Shown: positions 24,804 through 36,019 of the stretch, piece by piece
Layout of the letters: each line of letters starts with the position of its first letter
How positions within the stretch are numbered: the stretch's first letter is position 1
From: Eledone cirrhosa
Taxonomy: Eukaryota
Direction: 5' to 3'
DNA: 64,000 nt
NCBI GenBank assembly: GCA_964016885.1
Contig: OZ024743.1
Span: 53,010,001 to 53,074,000 of the forward strand
Notes under the pieces: model-generated
Seen by the model: only the letters and a program-made list of their open reading frames with translations
What the model was told of the DNA's origin: nothing
Database searches by the model: none
Made by a program: the position numbers and the translations under genes

Positions 24804-26510
24804 TTAAGGGTTCGATTTGTAGTGCGAAAATTTCTCTTTGAGTCTATGGTTACAATAAATTGATCTCTCAATTTTATTGTTGAGTAACCTATTCTTCGAA
24901 CTTAAGATGTGGAACAGCTCAAGGTCGTATAACCGACAGCTTCTCATACCACTCCCATATGGGGGCGCGTTCGATAATTTTTTCCACTTCAGGGTGTATT
25001 GATGGTTACTTTCCCTCAGTTGCCAGGTCTTGTTTGCAAGGGTAGTTACATAACGGTGCTGGGAATGTTTCATTGCGTAACGGTGTGTATACCAACGAGC
25101 TTTAAAAGTATTCCCAGTCGCTCCGATGTAATACCATTTCTGGTTGTCTGATTCCACTGTGCATTGGTAAACCAGGTTAGACTGCATACATTCATTTTGT
25201 AATGGACAGGTTTCAGGTAGGTGGCAGTTACATTTCTTGTTATGGGCAACTTTGGCATTATTTGTGGGCTGCGATGCCTGAACAAGTGTGTTACGTTTTG
25301 TTTGCCTATTAGCGGGTGGTTGTGTATTAGATATTCTGTTGTGTTCGGTGGTAATTGTATTGTTATTGTTGTAAATTTGTGTTTTGGTGTTGTTATGTAT
25401 CTTTTTAGCGTTAAGCATCTTAATGTGTGCTTCTATATTTGGCGCCGTGGAGTAGGATAGTCTAATAGATTTAGTGTTAAGGATTTTGCTGTATCTATGT
25501 GAATCTGGAAAGTGCCTATTTATTATTCTAAAGAAAGTAGAGGGTAGGTTAGTACTAATAGAGGTGTTAAATATGGGGTTATACCAAATATATTTTCTAC
25601 TGCGTGACTTGTTTGATTTCGATGTTGTATTTCTATTTGCCGTATACTTTGCAGTTCTATGCGTAAATGTGTGTATGCGTGTGTTTCTGAAGTTTGTGTT
25701 ATGCGTGTTCGTGTGTGCTTCACAGAGGCTTTCATCTATATATTCTACTCTATCTAAGTGGCCTGCCTTGTCTAATGCGGTATTGTAGTATTCTGCATGT
25801 TCTTCGAAGATTTGCCGGTTAGATGAGAGGCGGGAGATCCTAAGGGATATGCTGCGTGGAATGGATTTAATTATTGATAGTAGGTGGTTTGAGTTACAGT
25901 TGATGTATGCTAAGTTTTCATTAATCTTGTGAAAAGGTCTTATAAGTCCCGTATTTAGGTTAAGCGTCACATCTATAAAGTTAACTGTTTTAGTGCTATA
26001 CTCATACGTTATGCTAAGGTCTAGTTTTCCGAGAGTCTTTCTAATTTTCGTAATGAGTCTTTCTATGCTCTGGTTATTTAGGTTCTTAACTAGGAGAAGG
26101 GCGTCGTCTCTGTAGATTCCACCGTGAAGGTCGCTAAACTCGCTTTGTAAACTATGGGCTATGTAAATACCTACTAAGTCTGTGACTTGACCCGAGTCGT
26201 TAGCCCCCATCGTGATGTCAAAGTTATTTAATCTATCCTTACGTTCCCAATAGGCGTTTTCAAATTTAATTATTGTTTTCCAAGCAGCTAATATGATTTT
26301 TATCTCGTCGTCTGTTATGTCAGAATTGGCTTTGGCGAATGCTAAGGCTTTATCCAAGGTGTTGGGGGATATAGATGAGTAATAATCGTTAATGTCAAAT
26401 TGTATAAATTTAGATACTTCTTTGTTAGCTATATTGTTAAACCATTTAATAGTTTCGGTAGCGTTACCCCATAGTTTAATCACTAGTTTATTCTTCATTT
26501 GTGCTATCAC
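24804..26510 (-). CDS. PLE reverse transcriptase + CxCx5Cx5C finger + GIY-YIG endonuclease (5'-truncated, uninterrupted)
   Basis: QFDINDYYSSI, FDITMGA, IYRDD, CNCHLPETCPLQNEC, LVY...YIG...FKARW. Confidence 0.88.
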   Translation of the reverse strand: MIAQMKNKLVIKLWGNATETIKWFNNIANKEVSKFIQFDINDYYSSISPNTLDKALAFAKANSDITDDEIKIILAAWKTIIKFENAYWERKDRLNNFDITMGANDSGQVTDLVGIYIAHSLQSEFSDLHGGIYRDDALLLVKNLNNQSIERLITKIRKTLGKLDLSITYEYSTKTVNFIDVTLNLNTGLIRPFHKINENLAYINCNSNHLLSIIKSIPRSISLRISRLSSNRQIFEEHAEYYNTALDKAGHLDRVEYIDESLCEAHTNTHNTNFRNTRIHTFTHRTAKYTANRNTTSKSNKSRSRKYIWYNPIFNTSISTNLPSTFFRIINRHFPDSHRYSKILNTKSIRLSYSTAPNIEAHIKMLNAKKIHNNTKTQIYNNNNTITTEHNRISNTQPPANRQTKRNTLVQASQPTNNAKVAHNKKCNCHLPETCPLQNECMQSNLVYQCTVESDNQKWYYIGATGNTFKARWYTHRYAMKHSQHRYVTTLANKTWQLRESNHQYTLKWKKLSNAPPYGSGMRSCRLYDLELFHILSSKNRLLNNKIERSIYCNHRLKEKFSHYKSNP

Positions 26511-26583
26511 TCTGTCTAATATATGTTTACTAATTTTCCCGATGTCCGATTTGGATGGGCATATAAGTCTAATAGTGGGGTTA

Positions 26584-27653
26584 TAATTAAATCCATTCCA
26601 CGCAGCATATCCCTTAGGATCTCCCGCCTCTCATCTAACCGGCAAATCTTCGAAGAACATGCAGAATACTACAATACCGCATTAGACAAGGCAGGCCACT
26701 TAGATAGAGTAGAATATATAGATGAAAGCCTCTGTGAAGCACACACGAACACGCATAACACAAACTTCAGAAACACACGCATACACACATTTACGCATAG
26801 AACTGCAAAGTATACGGCAAATAGAAATACAACATCGAAATCAAACAAGTCACGCAGTAGAAAATATATTTGGTATAACCCCATATTTAACACCTCTATT
26901 AGTACTAACCTACCCTCTACTTTCTTTAGAATAATAAATAGGCACTTTCCAGATTCACATAGATACAGCAAAATCCTTAACACTAAATCTATTAGACTAT
27001 CCTACTCCACGGCGCCAAATATAGAAGCACACATTAAGATGCTTAACGCTAAAAAGATACATAACAACACCAAAACACAAATTTACAACAATAACAATAC
27101 AATTACCACCGAACACAACAGAATATCTAATACACAACCACCCGCTAATAGGCAAACAAAACGTAACACACTTGTTCAGGCATCGCAGCCCACAAATAAT
27201 GCCAAAGTTGCCCATAACAAGAAATGTAACTGCCACCTACCTGAAACCTGTCCATTACAAAATGAATGTATGCAGTCTAACCTGGTTTACCAATGCACAG
27301 TGGAATCAGACAACCAGAAATGGTATTACATCGGAGCGACTGGGAATACTTTTAAAGCTCGTTGGTATACACACCGTTACGCAATGAAACATTCCCAGCA
27401 CCGTTATGTAACTACCCTTGCAAACAAGACCTGGCAACTGAGGGAAAGTAACCATCAATACACCCTGAAGTGGAAAAAATTATCGAACGCGCCCCCATAT
27501 GGGAGTGGTATGAGAAGCTGTCGGTTATACGACCTTGAGCTGTTCCACATCTTAAGTTCGAAGAATAGGTTACTCAACAATAAAATTGAGAGATCAATTT
27601 ATTGTAACCATAGACTCAAAGAGAAATTTTCGCACTACAAATCGAACCCTTAA
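26584..27653 (+). pseudogene. Inverted duplicate of the thumb/GIY-YIG half of the Naiad ORF
   Basis: Protein identical to the C-terminal ~355 aa of 24804-26510. Confidence 0.88.
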
Positions 27654-27959
27654 CCTCTTACTACCAACTGACAAACTGCATATACTTAGACTTTATACCC
27701 TCTTATATCTAGACCCTTTAATTACCCACAAAACCAATACATATATCCCCCTCTTCTCCCTCATTCCTCTTCTATTTCTTCGTCTTCTTCCTTCCTTCCC
27801 CCTTCTTGGCTATCTTTTCTTTTCTTCCTTCTCACCCCTTCTTTGCTTTTATTTTTGTCATTATTATCTTTATTTTTATTTTTTTATATATATATATGTG
27901 TATATATATATCTGTATATATGTGTGTGTGTGTGTGTGTGTGTATGTATATATATATAC

Positions 27960-27990
<31 letters not shown>

Positions 27991-28184
27991 TTTATCTCTT
28001 TATATCTCCCCCTCTCTATCCATCCCTCCCACTATTATCTATTTAATTCTCTTTAACTCACTACACTCCACGACATGATGTCTGCTATCAAAACTGACCA
28101 AAGAATCCTTCCACCTCTACCCCTACCTCCACCTCAGTTTGTCATTCTACTTCCTACCTCTTCCCCCTTCCTCTCTCTCTACAC

Positions 28185-31082
28185 TCTGACACCAACCACG
28201 CCCTGCGCCTTTTCGGCTCCTTCACCTACCTACCCGGCCCTCAGCCATTCCTCTTCACCCTAGACATCAAGTCCCTCTATACCGTCATCCCCCACGCCGA
28301 CGGCCTTCGCGCCCTCAAACACTACCTCGACCTTCGCCCCTCCCCCATTCCCTCCACCCCCACACTCCTTCGCCTCGCCGAGCTGGTCCTCACCCTAAAT
28401 TGTTTCTCCTTCTCGGGTGAGTTTTACCAACAGGTCACGGGGGTAGCCATGGGCACAAGAATGGGCCCGAACTATGCCAACCTTTTTGTTGGCCATGTTG
28501 AGGCCCAAATCTTTGCCCAGTACACCGGCCCCACGCCCGAACTGTACGGTCGTTACATTGACGACTGTATCGGAGCCACGACCCTCACCCGAGTACAGCT
28601 TGACTCCTTTCTCTCCTTCTTCTGCTCCTTCCACCCCTCCCTCCACTTCACCACCTCTATCTCCACCACCCACGTCCACTTCTTGGACATCTCCGTCGCC
28701 TTCGACCCCTCCCACCACTCCCTCGTCACCTCCGCCTTCTTCAAACCCACCGACTCCCACTCTTACCTCGACTTCACCTCTTCCCACCCCACCCACACTA
28801 AACTCTCCATTCCCTACTCCCAACTTCTCAGGATCCGCCGCCTCTGTAGCCGAGATGCTGACTTCGAGTCCCAGGCCCTTTCCCTAGTCAGCCATTTCAT
28901 CCGCAGAGGTTACCCCCCCCCCCCCCCCCTCTCTCGTCCACACCGCTCTCACCCGCGCCCGTGCTATCCCCCGCTCTACCACCCTCACCCCACGCCACCG
29001 CACATCCACCCACCGTCTCCCCTTCCCCATCACCTACCACCCCTCCACCTTACTCCTCCACCGCACCATCCGCCGCCTCTTCCGACACCTCCAGTCCGAC
29101 CCCTCCTCCTCCCACATCTTCCCAACCCCACCACTCCCCTCCTTCAAACGCGCACGCAATCTCCGCACCCTCCTCGTCCACAGCTCCCTACCCCCCAACC
29201 CACGCTCCGTTTCCTCCCCCCGGTTCCTTCCCCTGTTCTAGACCCCGCTGCAACACCTGTCCCCACATCACCAACACCACCACCTTCCAGGGTCCCAACG
29301 GCCACCCTCTCTCGGTCCGGCATGCCTTCCGCTGCACCTCCTCCAACCTAGTCTACGGACTTCGTTGCACGAGGTGCAGCGCGACTTATGTCGGACAGAC
29401 GGGACGCCGCCTGGCGGACCGAGTCACGGAGCACCTCCGGGACATTCGTCTCGGGGGCAGTTCCCCCATCGCCCGCCACTTTGGTGACCCTGGACACTCC
29501 GCACGCCATCTCACAGTCTGTGGCCTACTCCAGTGCCACGGAACACCCGCCCATCGCCTCACGGTCGAACAACGTACTATCTTCATCTTACAGACCCACA
29601 CTCCCCCCGGCCTGAACTCCCCACCCTTATTCCTTTAGCGTTCGACCGCCCCCCTCCCCCACTTATCCCCCACTAACACCACTAACACAGCCCTCCTTTT
29701 CACCGCCCACCCCACACTAACAATACTAACACCTCCACTCCACCCTTCCCCAACTAACATACTAACATCCCTTCCCTCCCCTCTTCTCCTCCTCCCCCTC
29801 CTTATCACACGCACACACGCACACACTTACACCACCCACCCCACATGCAACTAACATCACTAACACCCTCCAACCCCACGCACACGTACCCACACACCCT
29901 CGTACACCACCAACTCTACACACCCTACCCCCACTAACCCCCACTCACACCTGCATTCCACCCCTCCCCACCTCCCGTCTACTAACACCCACTAACACCT
30001 CCTCACCAAACTACACACACACCAGTACACCACACTCCCTCCATAGAACCACACACACCCTTCTCTCCCCACTCCACACTCACTCATCCCACTAACACCC
30101 CTACTAATACACACACACACACACACCCTCCTCACTCCAACTCTCACACCTACCCATCCTCGCCTCCCTACCATTCCGCCGACTGCTGCTATGCCCTTCC
30201 GACCACTGTCTCAGCACCAACTGACCACAGCACTCCCACTGCTGACCACTTCCTGTTGCGCGCGCACCCCACATCTCTCCTCTTCCGACCACCGCTTCTT
30301 GGATTACCCACACGCGATATTGACTTCTAACCAAAATCTCCATACATCCGTGTAACTTACCACTTTTCAACCATCCTCTAACACCATCACCTATATAACT
30401 CACCCACACACACATCCCAAAACAATTTTTTTTATCCACACGCCACCCACACCCACAACACGCTTAAACCACACACACGTGCTTCCCACCACATATTTAC
30501 ACCCTCAGCCCCCTGATTCCTCTCCCCCCACCCCCCTATCCACACACGCACAGACCCTCCGACACACAAAAACACCCCCCACACACACCTTCCTGAACAT
30601 GCAACCCCGTTCTTCCCCCAACCCTCACTTTCACATACACACACACACACACACACGCACACCTAACCACACACACCACCTTCAGCCCTCCCCGCTCGGA
30701 CACCCCGTCTCCCTCTCCTCACTCCACCCGCCTCCACCTCTACTCACCCCACACCCTTCCACCACCTGTTTACCCCCCTTTTAATTTCAGTTTATTTTGA
30801 TCATGCCTTTATTTTTAAATGTTCTCATTCCTTGTATTTTGATCATGCTTTATTTTTATTTATTATTTGTTATATTTTTGTCTTTATTTGTTAATTTTTC
30901 ATTCGCACCGTTTCCTTTCGCTATATGTCTCTCCACCACTCCCCTACACACCTTTTGAACTCTCACCTGAAGAAGGGCTTATGCCCGAAACGTCGTCCTC
31001 CACCTACCCCCCACTCTCCTGAGCGTGAATTTAATAAACATTTGTCGTACTGCCTCTCTGTTCTGTCCCTGTTCAATTTTTC

Positions 31083-31087
<5 letters not shown>
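28185..31087 (+). mobile_element. Neptune-type PLE (5'-truncated RT + zinc linker + GIY-YIG, frameshifted, long C/A-rich 3' UTR); HHR-like motif at 30963-30997
   Basis: LFTLDIKSLYT, GVAMGTRMGP, RYIDD, CSRPRCNTC...CTSSNLVY...YVGQTGR; frameshift at poly-C ~28913-28930; stop at 29638; ends in (TA)n. Confidence 0.88.
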
Positions 31088-31136
<49 letters not shown>

Positions 31137-31373
31137 TAACGTTTATCTATTTTTTTCTTCAAACTTACATTTTAGACTTGGCTCCGTTTAATTGATTATT
31201 TGTCTAGTTAATTTCTACGAACTAAGAGGAAAGACTAGGTAAATTTATCTGACTGTTCCTCATAGAGGAATATCGATAACATTTTTATGTATATATATAT
31301 ATATGTATAGTCCAACCCTTGCTAACAGGGAAAGCTGATCGTTAAATGAAGATGGTGATGATGATGATGATGA

Positions 31374-31409
<36 letters not shown>

Positions 31410-31493
31410 TGGCGGACTGGGACTAAACATATTGCTTGACAGGGGATCAGGGGGCCCACCTACATATAGAATGATATTATTTAATTTTTATAA

Positions 31494-31686
31494 AGGGCGG
31501 TGGATTGGCAGTATCGGTAGAGGGTCTGGCACCTTGCTTTGAAGCATAGAGTTGCCTCCTTTTATGATCTGAGTTCAAATCCCGCCAAGGTTAACTTTGC
31601 CTTTCATCCTTACGGGGTCGATAAAATAAAGTACCAGTAATGCACTGGGATAATTGCTGGCCTGGTGCCAAAAGTAGAAACAATTA
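31494..31686 (+). mobile_element. tRNA-derived SINE (second family); copies at 45480-45655 (with inverted fragment 45385-45462) and 63003-63105
   Basis: TGGCAGTATCGG (A box), GAGTTCAAATCC (B box), shared actttgcctttcatccttacggggtcgataaa...gccaaaagtagaaac. Confidence 0.8.
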
Positions 31687-31989
31687 TTTAATTTTTATAA
31701 TGAATAAATAACATTTTCGAAAAATACATAAGGAGTAGGGTTCCCGGTAAACCTTTTCAGTTTTTTTCTATTGGTTGTAAAATAAAAACTGAAAAGGTTA
31801 CATGCACCTGTTGACCAGGATTGAACCCAAGACAAAGATCTCCACTGTCTCTAGTACCTACCGCTAGGCCACAGAGACAACTACGAAAGTCTTATGAAAA
31901 TTCATACATATAAACCTACTTTCAAAATTTTCAAAACAAAGTGTTGTGCTGTCGTTCATGTCTTTCTTAAAGTTATTGCTCCTACTTAA

Positions 31990-32338
31990 GGTGGACTTCT
32001 AAATCGGAGTAGGTTTATAATTTTCAATTTTCATTATACTTTTGTAGGTGTCTCGGTGGCCTAGTTGGAGGAATCATAGACGGTGGAGAATCTGGTCTGA
32101 AGTTCGATCCTGGTCGGGAGTAGGGTTCCCGGTAAACCTTTTTCAGATTTTTTCTATTGGTTGTAAAATAAAAGCTGAAAAAGGGCACATGTACCTGTTT
32201 ACCAGGATTGAACCCAAGGCTGGGATCTCCACCGTCTCCAGTACCTAGTGCTAGGCCACAGAGACAACTACGGAAATCGCATGAAATTTATACTTATAAA
32301 CCTACTTTCAAAATCTAGAGACTTTCAATAATGACCTT
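31990..32338. mobile_element. Inverted-repeat element whose two arms each contain a tRNA-like A/B-box head; half copies at 31734-31935 and 2910-3030
   Basis: gtaggtttataa...gtctcggtggcctag...gttcgatcctgg on + and the mirror on -. Confidence 0.6.
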
Positions 32339-32339
32339 G

Positions 32340-32437
<98 letters not shown>

Positions 32438-32446
32438 ATGTGTGTG

Positions 32447-32506
<60 letters not shown>

Positions 32507-32579
32507 CCACCTTCACCACTAATTGATTTGACAGATGTCTTTAACCCATTGATACCAAATATTGTTTGGTCAGTAGTTG

Positions 32580-32606
<27 letters not shown>

Positions 32607-32610
<4 letters not shown>

Positions 32611-35169
32611 GAAAAATTGAACAGGGACAGAACAGAGAGGCAGTACGATAAATGTTTATTAAATTCACGCTCAGGAGAGTGGGGGGTAGGTGGGGGACGA
32701 CGTTTCGGGCATAAGCCCTTCTTCAGGTGAGAAGTGTGTGGGAACAGAGTTCAAAAGGTGTGTAGGGGAGTGGTGGAGAGACATATAGCGAAAGGAAACG
32801 GTGCGAATGAAAAATTAACAAATAAAGACAAAAATATAATAAATAATAAATAAAAATAAAGCATGATCAAAATACAAGGAATGAGAAAATTTAAAAATAA
32901 AGGCATGATCAAAATAAACTGAAATTAAAAGGGGGGTAAACAGGTGGTGGAAGGGTGTGGGGTGAGTAGGGGTGGTGGCGGGTGGAGTGAGGAGAGGGAG
33001 ACGGGGTGTCCGAGCGGGGAGGGCTGAAGGTGGTGTGTGTGGTTAGGTGTGCGTGTGTGTGTGTGTGTGTGTATGTGAAAGTGAGGGTTGGGGGAAGAAC
33101 GGGGTTGCATGTTCAGGAAGGTGTGTGTGGGGGGTGTTTTTGTGGGTCGGAGGGTCTGTGCGTGTGTGGATAGGGGGTGGGGGGAGAGGAATCAGGAGGC
33201 TGAGGGTGTAAATATGTGGTGGGAAGCACGTGTGTGTGGTTTAAGCGTGTTGTGGGTGTGGGTGGCGTGTGGATAAAAAATTTTTTTTGGGTGTGTGTGT
33301 GGGTGAGTTATATAGGTGATGGTGTAAGAGGATGGTTGAAAAGTTGGTAAGTTACACGGATGTTTGGAGATTTTGGTTAGAAGTCAATATCGCGTGTGGG
33401 TAATCCAAGAAGCGGTGGTCGGAAGAGGAGAGATGTGGGGTGCGCGCGCAACAGGAAGTGGTCAGCAGTGGGAGTGCTGTGGTCAGTTGGTGCTGAGACA
33501 GTGGTCGGAAGGGCATAGCAGCAGTCGGCGGAATGGTAGGGAGGCGGGGATGGGTAGGTGTGAGAGTTGGAGTGAGGAGGGTGTGTGTGTGTGTGTGTGT
33601 GTGTATTAGTAGGGGTGTTAGTGGGATGAGTGAGTGTGGAGCGGGGAGAGAAGAGTGTGTGTGGTTCTATGGAGGGAGTGTGGTGTACTGGTGTGTGTGT
33701 GGGTACGTGTGCGTGGGGTTGGAGGGTGTTAGTGATGTTAGTTGCGTGGGGGTGGGTGGTGTAAGTGGGTGTGTGTGTGCGTGTGATAAGGAGGGGGAGG
33801 AGTAAAAGAGGGGAGGGAAGGGATGTTAGTATGTTAGTTGGGGAAGGGTGGTCAGATGAGGGGTGGAGTGGAGGTGTTAGTATTGTTAGTGTGGGGTGGG
33901 CGGTGAAAAGGAGGGCTGTGTTAGTGGTGTTAGTGGGGGATAAGTGTGGGGGGAGGGGGGCGGTCGAACGCTAAAGGAATAAGGGTGGGGGAGTTCAGGC
34001 CGGGGGGAGTGTGGGTCTGTAAGATGAAGATAGTACGTTGTTCGACCGTAAGGCGATGGGCGGGTGTTCCGTGGCACTGGAGTAGGCCACAGACTGTGAG
34101 ATGGCGTGCGGAGTGTCCAGGGCCACCAAAGTGGCGGGCGATGGGGGAACTGCCCCCGAGACGAATATCCCGGAGGTGCTCCGTGACTCGGTCCGCCAGG
34201 CGACGTCTCGTCTGTCCGACATAAGTCGCGCTGCACTCCGTGCAACGAAGTCCGTAGACTAGGTTGGAGGAGGTGCAGCGGAAGGCATGCCGGACCGAGA
34301 GAGGGTGGCCGTTGGCACCCTGGAAGGTGGTGGTGTTGGTGATGTGGGGACAGGTGTTGCAGCGGGGCCTAGAACAGGGGAAGGAACCGGGGGGGGGGAA
34401 CCGGAGCGTGGGTTGGGGGGTAGGGAGCTGTGGACGAGGAGGGTGCGGAGATTGCGTGCGCGTTTGAAGGAGGGGAGTGGTGGGGTTGGGAAGATGTGGG
34501 AGGTGGAGGGGTCGGACTGGAGGCGTCGGAAGAGGCGGCGGATGGTGCGGTGGAGGGGTAAGGTGGAGGGGTGGTAGGTGATGGGGAAGGCGAGACGGTG
34601 GGTGGGTGTGCGGTGGCGTGGGGTGAGGGTGGTGGAGCGGGGGATAGCACGGGCGCGGGTGAGAGCCATGTGGACGAGAGAGGGGGAGTAACCTCTGCGG
34701 ATGAAATGGTTGACTAGGGAAAGGGCTTGGGACTCGAAGTCAGCATCTCGGCTACAGAGGCGGTGGATCCTGAGAAGTTGGGAGTAGGGAATGGAGAGTT
34801 TAGTGTGGGTGGGGTGGGAAGAGGTGAAGTCGAGGTAAGAGTGGGAGTCGGTGGGTTTGAAGAAGGCGGAGGTGACGAGGGAGTGGTGGGAGGGGTCGAA
34901 GGCGACGGAGATGTCCAAGAAGTGGACGTGGGTGGTGGAGATAGAGGTGGTGAAGTGGAGGGAGGGGTGGAAGGAGCAGAAGAAGGAGAGAAAGGAGTCG
35001 AGCTGTACTCAGGTGAGGGTCGTGGCTCCGATACAGTCGTCAATGTAACGACCGTACAGTTCGGGCGTGGGGCCGGTGTACTGGGCAAAGATTTGGGCCT
35101 CAACATGGCCAACAAAAAGGTTGGCATAGTTCGGGCCCATTCTTGTGCCCATGGCTACCCCCGTGACCT
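32607..35169 (-). mobile_element. Second Neptune-type PLE copy, convergent with 28185-31087
   Basis: Near-identical reverse complement from GVAMGTRMGP to the tail; HHR-like motif at ~32697-32730. Confidence 0.88.
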
Positions 35170-35420
35170 ATATATATATGCGTGTGCCTGTGTATATATA
35201 TGTATGTTTGCATGCACGAATGAATACACTAAGCTTTAGATTTAGTACAATGTACAACGACTGATTCAAGCTATTTGCACTAACGTGTATTTTGGTTTCT
35301 AGTAATTCCCTGGGGAATTGGTTGACCAATTGCTTTGCTTAATTGTTTTATTTATTTTGGGCCCTGGCGCCCAATTGCCATTGGGTAACCTGGCCAGTCC
35401 GCCACTGTCTGTATATATAT

Positions 35421-35769
<349 letters not shown>

Positions 35770-35801
35770 AGAAAAACCACAGACCCTCCATCTCAACTCT
35801 A

Positions 35802-35837
35802 CTTTTGAAAAGCAGAAGAACTGCGAAACCGGTAAAG
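35802..35837 (+). ncRNA. Minimal type I hammerhead with U3-A8 variant core in a solo pLTR (35770-35958)
   Basis: ctt-TTGAAAA-gcag-aagaa-ctgc-GAAAC-CG-GTA-aag, followed by AATAAA. Confidence 0.6.
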
Positions 35838-35953
35838 GAACCAAATAAATATATATTTTTTTTAAAAAATAAGACTCCAGTTGCATTTTCGATTTCATCT
35901 TTTTTTCTTTATACTTTCACTCGGTTATTTTTCATTTTGTAAAAAAAACCTCA

Positions 35954-36015
<62 letters not shown>

Positions 36016-36019
<4 letters not shown>

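Larger units (their letters stand above)
23882..28184 (-). mobile_element. Naiad-type Penelope-like element with a 1.6-kb inverted duplication of its 3' half
   Basis: 26584-28184 is the reverse complement of ~24277-25875; the 3' tail ends in (TA)n at 23881. Confidence 0.88.
31407..35407. mobile_element. Non-autonomous DNA transposon shell (hAT-like ends) filled by nested insertions
   Basis: 14-bp TIRs cagtggcggactgg (31407-31420) / ccagtccgccactg (35394-35407); TSD not clean. Confidence 0.6.

Noticed and set aside
32050-32115. Genuine tRNA gene
   Set aside because: A and B boxes are present, but I could not fold a convincing cloverleaf and it is part of a repeat
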